Below, one piece after another: positions 49,848-59,910 of a DNA stretch of 64,000 nt. This stretch comes from Utricularia gibba (taxonomy: Eukaryota; Plantae; Magnoliophyta): assembly GCA_002189035.1 (NCBI GenBank), contig CM007991.1:2604001-2668000 (forward strand). Direction: 5' to 3'. How positions within the stretch are numbered: position 1 is the first letter of the stretch; each line of letters begins with the position of its first letter. The position numbers and the translations under genes are program-made. The notes under the pieces were generated by a model. It was not told the origin of the DNA and ran no database searches. It saw nothing but the letters and a program-made list of their open reading frames with translations.

Positions 49848-50734
49848 ATGGCTGCTGCATATTGCTCTAAGCTGGTTCGTGGTGAGTGCTGTTCTTGTTC
49901 TTTAGAGAATTTTATGCTTCTTCATTCTCGCACATTTGGAGATTATCTGCTAGGGTAGAAAATATTAGGGCTTGCCGAGTGCCTTTGTTTTTTGGAATCG
50001 TCAAGGGATTCTAAGTGGTCAGAACTGGATTGTAAAACCCTTCAAATGGTCTTTCCGCTCATTGTTCGAAGCCGTTTCCCCCAATACGATTCAGTCGGAG
50101 TGATATGATTCGTGTTAAGCAGATAATATTTGTTTTATTTCCTCAAAAGTTTGTTACTTGATTCAAATCCCAGCTGGGCGTTCGATCATCGGTGGGCTTA
50201 ACAACAATGTTGTTGGAGCAAGCTCTGGGCTGTTGACTCCAGAGTTGCAGTCCCAAGTTAGTATTGCTCCTCGTGGTTGCTTCTTCAGCGTTCCACTTAG
50301 TATTTACTCTTTGCATGATCAGATGGTGATTGTGGGTCTGAAATTGTGTGGATGCAGCAGCAAGTAAGAACATTCATACAAATGCGGACAAATCTCAAGG
50401 TGGTGGATAACTCAGGGGCGAAGAGAGTGATGTGCATCCAGGCTCTGAAGGGGCGAAAAGGGGCTCGTCTTGGCGATGTGATAGTAGCTTCTGTGAAATC
50501 AGCACACACGGGTGGGAAGGTGAAGAAAGGGATGTGCACTATGCTGTGGTGGTTCGTGCCGCTATGCAAAGGGGGCGCTGCGATGGCAGCCAAGTCAAGT
50601 TCGATGACAACGCGGTCGTCCTGATTAACAAGCAAGGTGAGCCCATTGGGACCAGGGTGTTCGGCCCTGTTCCACATGAGCTCAGGAAGAAGAAGCATCT
50701 CAAGATTCTCAGTCTTGCAGAGCATATTGCATGA
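49848..50734 (+). CDS. RPL14: Mitochondrial 50S ribosomal protein L14 (HUELLENLOS/HLP-like), 3 coding exons; apparent 1-nt deletion at 50529-50531
   Basis: Transit-peptide exons, then [23 protein letters not shown] ... [28 protein letters not shown] ... [13 protein letters not shown]. Confidence 0.92.
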
Positions 50735-51668
50735 GGTACGAAATCAATTTCTCATAACATCAGTGCCCCACTGAGGGCCGTATTGGAGCTGTTTAGGAAT
50801 CCAGTTTGGTGAACTCATCATCCTAAATGGAGTTTTCAGCTGTTGGTACTTGGAATACGATATTTTTTCTTCTTTGTTGACAAGACAGGAAAGAAAGGAA
50901 AAGCGATCTGCGTCCTATGCGCTAGAGTAACTTTATAAGCATGCAAAACATCTGCTGCAACCTGACCGTCCGATGACGGCGGCGAGCCGGTGCTTGTCGG
51001 CTTGTCGGAATTTCTTATTTATTCGACACATTTATATGCAGTAAAACACAACGGATTCCATTCTATTCTCCTCCCTAGTCCAGTTTCAGCCGTACGATTA
51101 GCTGAACTCATGCAGGATCACGCCCCCTGCAAAAAGCCCCCATCCACCCAGCAGTCCACTGCACAGTTAGGGCAGGGGTAACTCGCATCACTACCAATTG
51201 GAAATGGAAGCCATGCGCAACTGGGGAGTAGGAGGAGTCACCACTGAATGCGGATGTAGCAGACATTCATTCAATTTACGCCATTTTTTACCAAGAAGGG
51301 GCAACATCGCCTGTAGAGGTACTACACATAGATCATTCCCTCGAGGAAGAAGAAGAATTTTATCTGATGGTGGAATGAATTGATTTCTTTATTAATGCTG
51401 GGAACTCTCAATGCGAAAAAGCCATTGTTGACGAATCGAGTTTGTAAAAGTAAAAGCTTTTCTGTTTGATCCTTGTCAGTTGTACCATGAAATCATGCCA
51501 TAAAGGTCTTTGTTAGGACCATCTGGAAAATTGGGATGCAGAGAGATACTAAGCATGAGAAGAGGAGGACTGAGAGAGTGTCTCCTGGTCGTACAGCCAG
51601 CCCCTCCTCTACATATATGCGTGACTTGGCCTCAGTTTTCATGCTTCTTCTGCTTCTAGTGTCGAGCC

Positions 51669-52040
51669 ATGGAGATCGGGAACCAAGCGGCGGAGGTGGT
51701 TGTGGCGGCGCTTGAGAGGGATATGGAGGAGGGGTACGAGAGGGTGAGAGCTCTGGTTTGCAGCAATGCTGTGGTGGTCTTCACCATGAGTGGCTGCTGC
51801 ATGGGCCATGTAGTGAAGCAGCTGCTTTTCGGGCTTGGAGTCGGCCCCGTCATTATCGAGCTCGATCGGGAGGGAGAGGAAGTTTTCTCCTTTCTCAGAA
51901 GCATCTCCGGTGGAGGGCAGGCGGTGCCATCGGTGTTCATTGGGGGCAGTTTCTTGGGTGGGATTGAGGCGGTTTTGGCTTGCCATATCAATGGTTCTCT
52001 TGTCCCTCTTCTCAAACATGCTGGAGCTCTCTGGCTTTGA
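51669..52040 (+). CDS. CC-type glutaredoxin (ROXY), CCMG active site, ALWL C-terminus, 123 aa
   Basis: AVVVFTMSGCCMGHVVK, VPSVFIGG, HINGSLVPLLKHAGALWL*. Confidence 0.93.
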   Translation: MEIGNQAAEVVVAALERDMEEGYERVRALVCSNAVVVFTMSGCCMGHVVKQLLFGLGVGPVIIELDREGEEVFSFLRSISGGGQAVPSVFIGGSFLGGIEAVLACHINGSLVPLLKHAGALWL

Positions 52041-52583
52041 GCTTCTCCTTTCAACTTTAGGGAAACACCAAAGGATCAATCTTGCACATTCCAGCGCTTT
52101 GTATTGGTCCATCTTCCAAATGTTATAACAAAATGATTGTCTTGTTTCCTCTGCAAATGTTCTGAATATGAATGAACATAAGAGACAGAAGCATCTTGCC
52201 AAGGTACAGAAGAATATTGTCATACTTCGGCACTGAAATGTACTCGTAGGTATAGAATATGAATTCAGATGCCATGGCTGTTTCCTCTTTAACCATAATA
52301 AATCCCAGTTCACAAAATCAGGAAACTGATGATGAGAAGACGGCAGAAAACTTAACATTTTCCTGTCTGTCTGGTAATGATAAAAATCAGTTCTTCAACA
52401 AACTTGCGCATGAAAATGGCATGGGAGACCATGACACAGATAACAGCAGGCTTGAACAGGAGGAATCAGTGAAGTGAAGTACATATACAGATAGCCAGAT
52501 CACCGAACCTTTCCTGATACATCAACCCTCATCATTCATACTTCCGAACGATAAAAAATGCTCATGGAATCCGAGATAAATAC

Positions 52584-53565
52584 CTAACGGGACTTCTTGA
52601 CACGCTTGGAAGGCCTTACCGTTTCCTTCTTCGGATCCTCAGGAACCTTAATGATAGTGAATGGCTGCAAGGATATAAGAAATACACGATGGATACACCA
52701 CAAATTAGCATACATGAAATACATTATCAAGTGATAGACTTCGTGCTCTATTTGTTTCCGTGTGGAAAGGGCGAGAGATATTACAATTCACATCCGATTG
52801 AGGATGGAGATAAGCATAAGGAATAACACTTGCCTCTTCCACTTTATTCTGAAGTTCCAAAAGTTCTTGGCAGTAAGAGAGACACTCAGCATGATACAAA
52901 GCTGCCAAGTCCTTGATCAAGGCCTTCCTCCTGATGATGCCGATCACTTTGACATGCAAACAAAGATTGAGTTTTAACACAAACCCACAACATCTAATTT
53001 CAGTAATACACAAACGATGTCAAGAACTCTATCACCAGGTAACGAATGTTAAAATAAAGAAAGTGTCTCATTTGTTAAGATCGAGCATTCAACAATGCAT
53101 GGATCTTTCCTGCAAAAAAGTTGTGGCTTCCTACAACGCGTATAAGACTTTCATATCTCATGCTCAAAAACTACTGTACGTAAACAAGGTTCAGAATTGA
53201 CGAATCCATTAATCGAAATCAGATTGTAGAAGTTTAACGGCATAGAATGCGCCTCTCATCAATATGGTTAACCAGAAAGAAGATCAATATACCCAAATTG
53301 GACTCCGAAATTCAAATTCATGAATCACGAGGGCCAAAGTTGAATTCAAATAGACTACTAGAAAAATTTGGAGGCAAAAGACGGATATGAAGAACTAGGA
53401 ATTACTCCGGCTGGGGTCGAAACTAGGGGCTGTGGGAGAAGCAGAATCCTCCGCGTGTGAGGACGAACGTCCGCCGGAATCATTCCCAGACGTTTCCGGT
53501 TGATGCAAAAGGGGAGGGGGTGGCGGTGGAAGAGAGAACAGCCGTTGGACTTGAAGCTCACCCAT
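52584..53565 (-). CDS. Small conserved plant protein of unknown function, 3 exons
   Basis: Spliced model: MGELQ..PSFDPSR|MIGIIRRKALIKDLAALYHAECLSYCQELLELQNKVEE|PFTIIKVPEDPKKETVRPSKRVKKSR*. The second intron (52833-52665) has a GC donor. Confidence 0.78.
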
Positions 53566-54906
53566 CGGAGAAGCTATGAAAAAGGAAATTCAACCCTCCG
53601 ATAAACTCTTATAAGCCTAAGATTTTCAATTTATATATAAACCCTAATCCCTAGATTTTCCCTCTCCCTTTCTATAAAGATAAAGTTTCCGCCAAATATG
53701 TCCTGTGGCCGGATTATTCCAGCGCTTCTTCTGGGTCACAGATCTAGCAAATCCTCCGGCACATGGTAACGATTTCTTGGCTGGAGATGCGGTGGTTCGG
53801 TCTCCGTATATGATGTCAGCCCTTTCGTGCCTCTAAAAACTAGTAAAATCCACAAAAAAGGCAGTCAATGCTCTCGCAGTTCATCAGTCTGGGAAGATGG
53901 CATTGACACTAGAGCAGGATGAAAACTTCGCTATAATCATTTTGCTTATGGTGAGGGGTTTACCTGCATCCGATGGGGTGTTCCGCCTTTGGGATCGGCG
54001 AATGATTAATGCGATGATCCAACTCCATTGGCAGAGACCGACACCAAATTCAGGCTTACTTCTCTTGCGAGTTCGTCATTCATCAAACTTCATTCCATGC
54101 AAAAGGCTTTGTTCCCATTCGATTCATGTGTCTGTCTATGCTATAGGGATGCTCTACATATGCCTTTTCTGAACTGCTACTTGAATTTCACAGCATTGAG
54201 GCGGCCGTTGGCGCAACTGGTTCATCCGGAACTGGAGGCGCTAATGGTTAATCTGATTCTTAGGGAATGCGACGCCGAGCTAGGAAAAAAAAAGCGATAT
54301 CCATTTTGGTGGCCGGTTGCTGATCCGCCCTGGTAATCACGTTTCTGGATTCAACTCAACTCGCTAAAGCTCTACTGAAAAAACAAGCTGAGTTTGTTTT
54401 GAAGATGGTAGGGAAAAGCATCTTTTTTTCAAGAATGATTGGTGTTCCCATTTGTTTTGGTGGATCCACACCAAAATTCGCCGCAACAAAATAGACTGGT
54501 GTTTTGGTGTTGCAGTTATTTTCTGCAGCACCCAAGTTTGATTCTTGGGTTCCGAAATGGTCGTCGTGATGATTTAGGTATCTGGGCACCGGAGGGCCCA
54601 TGGACTGCAACAATGAGAAGCCCAAATGAAGCTCTGCTCCAAGTCCATTAATGCTTCGCCATGACAGCCGCGCCTACGGCGGTAGGCGTTGGCCTCGCGA
54701 TTTTGCCTGCTGGACTCTGAAGTGTCGAGATTCTAACCAAGGAAGTTGTGATTGTAAAGTGCGTTGGTGTTGGCGGCTCCGTTTTAAGTTACCGCCTACG
54801 AATCATCTTCTTCATGATTCTAACCGGGGACGTCCACTTTGACGCCTGATCGAACCAACCCAAATCCGCAGCTCGGTTTGGTGGTGATTCAATTGACAAC
54901 CAAAAT

Positions 54907-57666
54907 ATGCTCTCTGTGAAGGCCCTGACACGGGTATCTAGGGCTGGGTACTCCAGGTTTCGTGGGGCTTACGCTTGCTGGAACAGCCTGCCGTTTCTGG
55001 ATGACTCTGCCCACACTCGCTCCCCGGTTGAATCTTCTCAAGGGGTGAGGATCTTTGTATCGTATGTTATGTGTTGTATTTTCAGCGCTGCCTTTTAGCA
55101 CCTGATGCTTCTCGATGTGACTGTGGTATGCTTTAGTGCCTTCTAGTTGTTTCTAAGTGTATCATAATAGCTTCTAATTTTGAGGGACTACAATCGGCTT
55201 TCTTTCCGAATGGTCGATAGTTACCATTTTCGTGCGCTTCCCCATTGCACTATAGTTGTTAAGGGCCTTTGATCCCCAAACTCCACTGGTTTACTGTTAA
55301 AACAATTGGAGCGGAATGCAAAAGATGGTTTTTTTTTTCTCTGCTGTTTGTTTTTTATAGTGTTTGTGTTTAAAACATAGGAGCAACCATAATTTTTTGA
55401 AATGGCTCAAGTTGGTTGCCCTATTCACCAGGTCTTGGGTCGCAGAGTAATCTTTTCTTGGGTTTCAAGTGCCATAAATAGCGTTGGACAACAATCTCAA
55501 ATAGAAGGCAGTGATGAAGAGGTTGGTACTCTCTGATTGTTTACATGGACTTTGATAATCCAATAGATTTCTGTTTCTAATTTTTTTCCGTGAACTCCAT
55601 ACTGTTTGGTTGCTTTAGCTCTTTAATTCGAGCACAATCGGACATCCAACACTTTCTGGTTGCAGGAACGTCTTGATCCTTTTTCTCTTGTTGCTGATGA
55701 GTTGTCACTTGTTGGAAATCGTCTGAGGTCAATGGTGGTTGCTGAGGTATTTGGTTTGCATCCTAGTTGTGTTATCTATTGAATGCCGATGACATTTGTA
55801 CATATTTCGTTTTTTTAGGTTCCCAAGCTAGCCTCTGCAGCAGAGTACTTTTTTAAAATGGGAGTTGAAGGGAAAAGGTTCCGGCCTACGGTATATACTC
55901 TTTTCATTTTTATTCCATGACATAAATCTCTCTTGATGGGTGTTGCAAGTTGTCGGAGTCATTGCATTGGTTTTTCTTGAAGAACTGACTTCTCTAGTCA
56001 TGTCCATGTCCCCAATTTATGTGTCTAGGTTCTGTTGCTGATGGCAACAGCACTGAGTGCCCCTTTGAGAGCCCATGATGCTGCCGCGGGTTACGTGTCT
56101 GGGGAGCTGCGTGCTAGACAGCAGTCCATTGCTGAGATCACTGAGATGATTCATGTAAATTTCCTTTCCCTCATCTTGTTCAGAGGCCCCATCTCCTGCT
56201 TTGCTTTTCCAAATTGTGCACTGTCGAATGTGGTAGAGAAATGCTACTGTAGTTCAGTTAATATTGTCTTTAGGATCCAGTTACTGTAAGAAGTACCTGA
56301 ACGATATGTCACTCCATCTCGTTATCTTATATCTAAGCAGCGCCTCATGTTTAGCAAGTTCTTTTTATCAGCTTTGCATACATGACAGGTAACACCTTCC
56401 TGAATTATAATAGGTTGCAAGTCTCCTGCATGATGATGTCTTGGATGACGCAGACACAAGGCGTGGTATTGGTTCATTGAATTTTGTGATGGGAAACAAG
56501 GTATTTTCTTTCTTTCCATCATCCACTGAAACTATGTACGGCCTTCCCTTTTTACATATTCATTATTGTAACTTGCAGGTAGCAGTTCTGGCTGGAGATT
56601 TCCTCCTTTCCAGAGCTTGTATGGCACTTGCTGCCTTAAAAAACACTGAGGTATCCTTTACACACTGCCGCATTTTCACCAATGTGAAATGTATGAGCTT
56701 CATTTGTAGTATTCTGTTGTTAGGTTGTGTCGCTCCTGGCTAAAGTTGTGGAGGATTTAGTTACCGGAGAAACCATGCAAATGACTACTACTGCTGAGCA
56801 GCGTTGCAGGTAGGAATCATGCTGCTTTGTGCAGAGTTTTGTTCCCTGTTTTTGTTGTCTGAGCCTCTGTTATGTGTTGGTTTTGACAGCATGGAATACT
56901 ATATGCAAAAAACATACTACAAAACGGCTTCATTGATTTCCAATAGCTGCAAAGCAATCGCACTTCTTGCAGGTCAAACAGCGGAAGTTTCAATGCTGGC
57001 TTACGACTACGGCAAGAATTTGGCAAGTGCCTCTCTTCTACCATGCATTTCTAGTGTACAATATAAACAGTATTGGCGTTGGTTGATCGATGATGTTCAC
57101 CTGATGAATGGTGATGCTTGTTTGCAGGGACTGGCTTTTCAGTTGATTGACGATGTTCTTGACTTCACCGGCTCATCAGCCTCCCTTGGGAAGGGATCCC
57201 TGTCCGATATTCGTCATGTACATTGTGTTGCATTCTCCTCTTCTGAAGATTATATTCGCTTCTGCGCCTGTCACAGAGCTGATGCACTGTCTGTTCTCTT
57301 GCTGTAGGGGATTGTCACTGCTCCTATACTGTTTGCCATGGAGGAATTCCCCCAACTTCGTCCCATAGTCGATCGAGGATTCGAAAGCTCTACAGATGTG
57401 GATCTCGTAAGTTTGCATCCCCCCTAAACATTCGTTTCTCTGTTCGGCTGCAACCCGAGCGCTGTAATGAACCTGAGAGAATTCAGGCTCTGGAGTATCT
57501 TGGGAGGAGCAATGGGATTCAGAAAACCAGAGAGCTGGCAACAAGGCATGCGCATCTGGCTTCGGCTGCAATCGATGCTTTGCCTGAAAGTGATGATGAG
57601 GATGTGCTGCGGTCGAGGAGGGCCCTCGTGGAGTTAACTTCAAGAGTCATCACAAGAACGAAGTAG
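54907..57666 (+). CDS. GPS1: Trans-long-chain prenyl diphosphate synthase (SPS3/GPS1 type), 12 exons
   Basis: DPFSLVADEL, GKRFRPT, EMIHVASLLHDDVLDDADTRRG (FARM), YYMQKTYYKTASL, GLAFQLIDDVLDF (SARM). The intron at 57023-57127 has a GC donor. Confidence 0.95.
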
Positions 57667-58008
57667 ATTGACTACACACGCTGGCCGGAGCAACATTCAG
57701 AAGCCCAACACAGCAACTTTGTTCCCACTATTCATGCACCCGTTGGAAAGAATCAATTTTTGGCCTATTACAGTCTCATCTAGCTGCTGCAGAAAAAGAA
57801 GCGTTCAATATCTTGTAGGCGACTCCTTGATTCATCCCCGAAGCAAATTTGAATAAAAGAGTCTGAAGTTCTTTGAGCATACAACCAGTAAGTACCTTAT
57901 CATTCATTCGTTCCCAGAAAAGATGCTAAAGAAAGGGAATTTCCAAGAGGTCTTTAGTGTATGATGAAGGCGAAACAGGGAATTCAAGATGCTCAAGACA
58001 ATTCCCAC

Positions 58009-59067
58009 TCATACTCTCAGAATCTGCAACTTGTTCGAGAAAGCGATAGCTACCCAATCAGGCTGCGAAGAAGACCATTGCAGCTGTTCAATCTCAGCAC
58101 CTGCAGTATACGCAAGAATGGGATCCAGACCTCCCTCCACAGGCTGCCCCATTGATGAAAGATCCCAAATGAGGGCTTGTGAATCATCCCCTGCTGTGCA
58201 AATATGACAGGAACTATGGGGCGCCCAGGCGATGGCATTCACCCCTGCTTGATGGCGCTGCAATTCGACCACCGGCAACGTCGGAAAACGTATATCTAGC
58301 ACCACGACCTTGCTACTATCCATTATAATTGTAGCCATGTATCTGGGATCCTGTTTATTCCACCCAAGTCTTACCAGTGGCGTATCAGGCTCCGAGCTCT
58401 CGTATATTATCGTCGAATGCTCCTTGTCTCTGAGATCAAAAACCCTAACTGAACCATCTGCAGAAACGGAGGCGAAAACCCCAACACCTCCCCAGGCGAT
58501 ATCGTATACCTCCTTGTCGTGCGCAATGAGCTGTGTGTCCACTACTTCCTTCTCGATATCCCAAATCGTACAAGTGGTATCAATGCTGGAGGTCCCAATC
58601 CTCCTAGGCTCCGCTTCATTCCAGTCAAAGGAAGTTAACGGCCCGGAATACTCGCTACTCCGATTATTGTTCAACAAGCTCTTCAACTCCACGCGCCGCC
58701 CATTGGCCGCATCGCCATCGGAGATTTGCCAGAGACGGAGGTAATCCGAGGAGGAGGCGAGCAAATCAGGCCTCTGGCACTCCTTATCAGGGATGAAGAT
58801 AAGTTTGGTAGGAGGATAAGGATGGTCGAAGGAGAGCGCGGGATCGGAGCGGATTTCACCAGTAGAATCGTCAAGCTGTACAATCTCGACACGGTTGGCG
58901 TACTGCTCGAGGAGGCTAGCGATGGTGAGCCGATAATTCTTGTCCTTGCGCACGCTCCAATTCATAGCATAGATATGCCACGGAGCTTCGTAGGTGTAGA
59001 TCTCCGAGCGCCGGTGCTGCTCGTCGGAGGCCTCCTGATTCAGGCCGCTGCTCCCACCCATAGCCAT
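58009..59067 (-). CDS. LWD1: WD40 protein LWD1/LWD2 (AN11/DCAF7 family), intronless
   Basis: [77 protein letters not shown]. Confidence 0.93.
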   Translation of the reverse strand: MAMGGSSGLNQEASDEQHRRSEIYTYEAPWHIYAMNWSVRKDKNYRLTIASLLEQYANRVEIVQLDDSTGEIRSDPALSFDHPYPPTKLIFIPDKECQRPDLLASSSDYLRLWQISDGDAANGRRVELKSLLNNNRSSEYSGPLTSFDWNEAEPRRIGTSSIDTTCTIWDIEKEVVDTQLIAHDKEVYDIAWGGVGVFASVSADGSVRVFDLRDKEHSTIIYESSEPDTPLVRLGWNKQDPRYMATIIMDSSKVVVLDIRFPTLPVVELQRHQAGVNAIAWAPHSSCHICTAGDDSQALIWDLSSMGQPVEGGLDPILAYTAGAEIEQLQWSSSQPDWVAIAFSNKLQILRV

Positions 59068-59910
59068 ACGCCTTGCCCTAGTGGCGGAGAAAGAGAGGCT
59101 TTCAAAATCCAAAGCCCACGAGATACTACAATTTCTCCCCTTTGCAAAAAATCTAATTAAATAGGGCAGAAGGAGGACGACAGCGAAATGAACCCCTTGT
59201 TTTGGGCTTGGGGCAATATGGGCCTCGAGCTTGGGCCTTCGAGGGTCCCACGTCGCTGTCGGCAAATCAATTAAAAATAAATATTAAAAAGAATTAGAAG
59301 TGTTGCTTACCCGGCTTGATATTCATAAAGTCGGGGCATTAAATGCAATTTGGACATCACACTGACACTAACAGTGACGCTCCAGGGTACATGTTTTGTA
59401 GTAAGCAAGCATTAAATGCTTGAATGCCCAACTGTGCCTTGTGGGCACCACCATATGTTTGCTTGCCGACAGCCTGTACGGGCCTCAATCCGAATTGACC
59501 CAATTTCGGAATTAGGGTTTGAATATATTCCCCTTTTAAATGGGGTATATATATAATTACCCAAAGTGGGAGGGAGGTGTGGAGTAGGGGGACACGTGCC
59601 CGAGGAGTGTTCCATAAGATGGTGTGTTAGTTACTGGTGTCCGTCCGTGGATTGAGCCGGTCGTCGCGCCCCCCGGGGAACACAACAGACAAAAGGATGA
59701 GCCGGAAAGTGCTGTAAATTCCAAATCGTAGTCGAATGACAGCCGGGATTCACCCTTCGCCCCAACCACGAGAATCTTGTCGATGTCGTTGCTTTTTCGG
59801 TTTCAACGGTTACGATTACCGTCCTCGGTGCTTTAATTGAGGCCACCTTCAACGGCTACTACTACTGCTGGGAGCAATCTGGGGACTGTGTGAAGTGAGG
59901 AAGGGGAGCC

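Noticed and set aside
59068-59265. 66-codon N-terminal extension of LWD1 in the ORF track
   Set aside because: It starts at TTG inside the promoter/site II region; homologs start at the MAMGG ATG.
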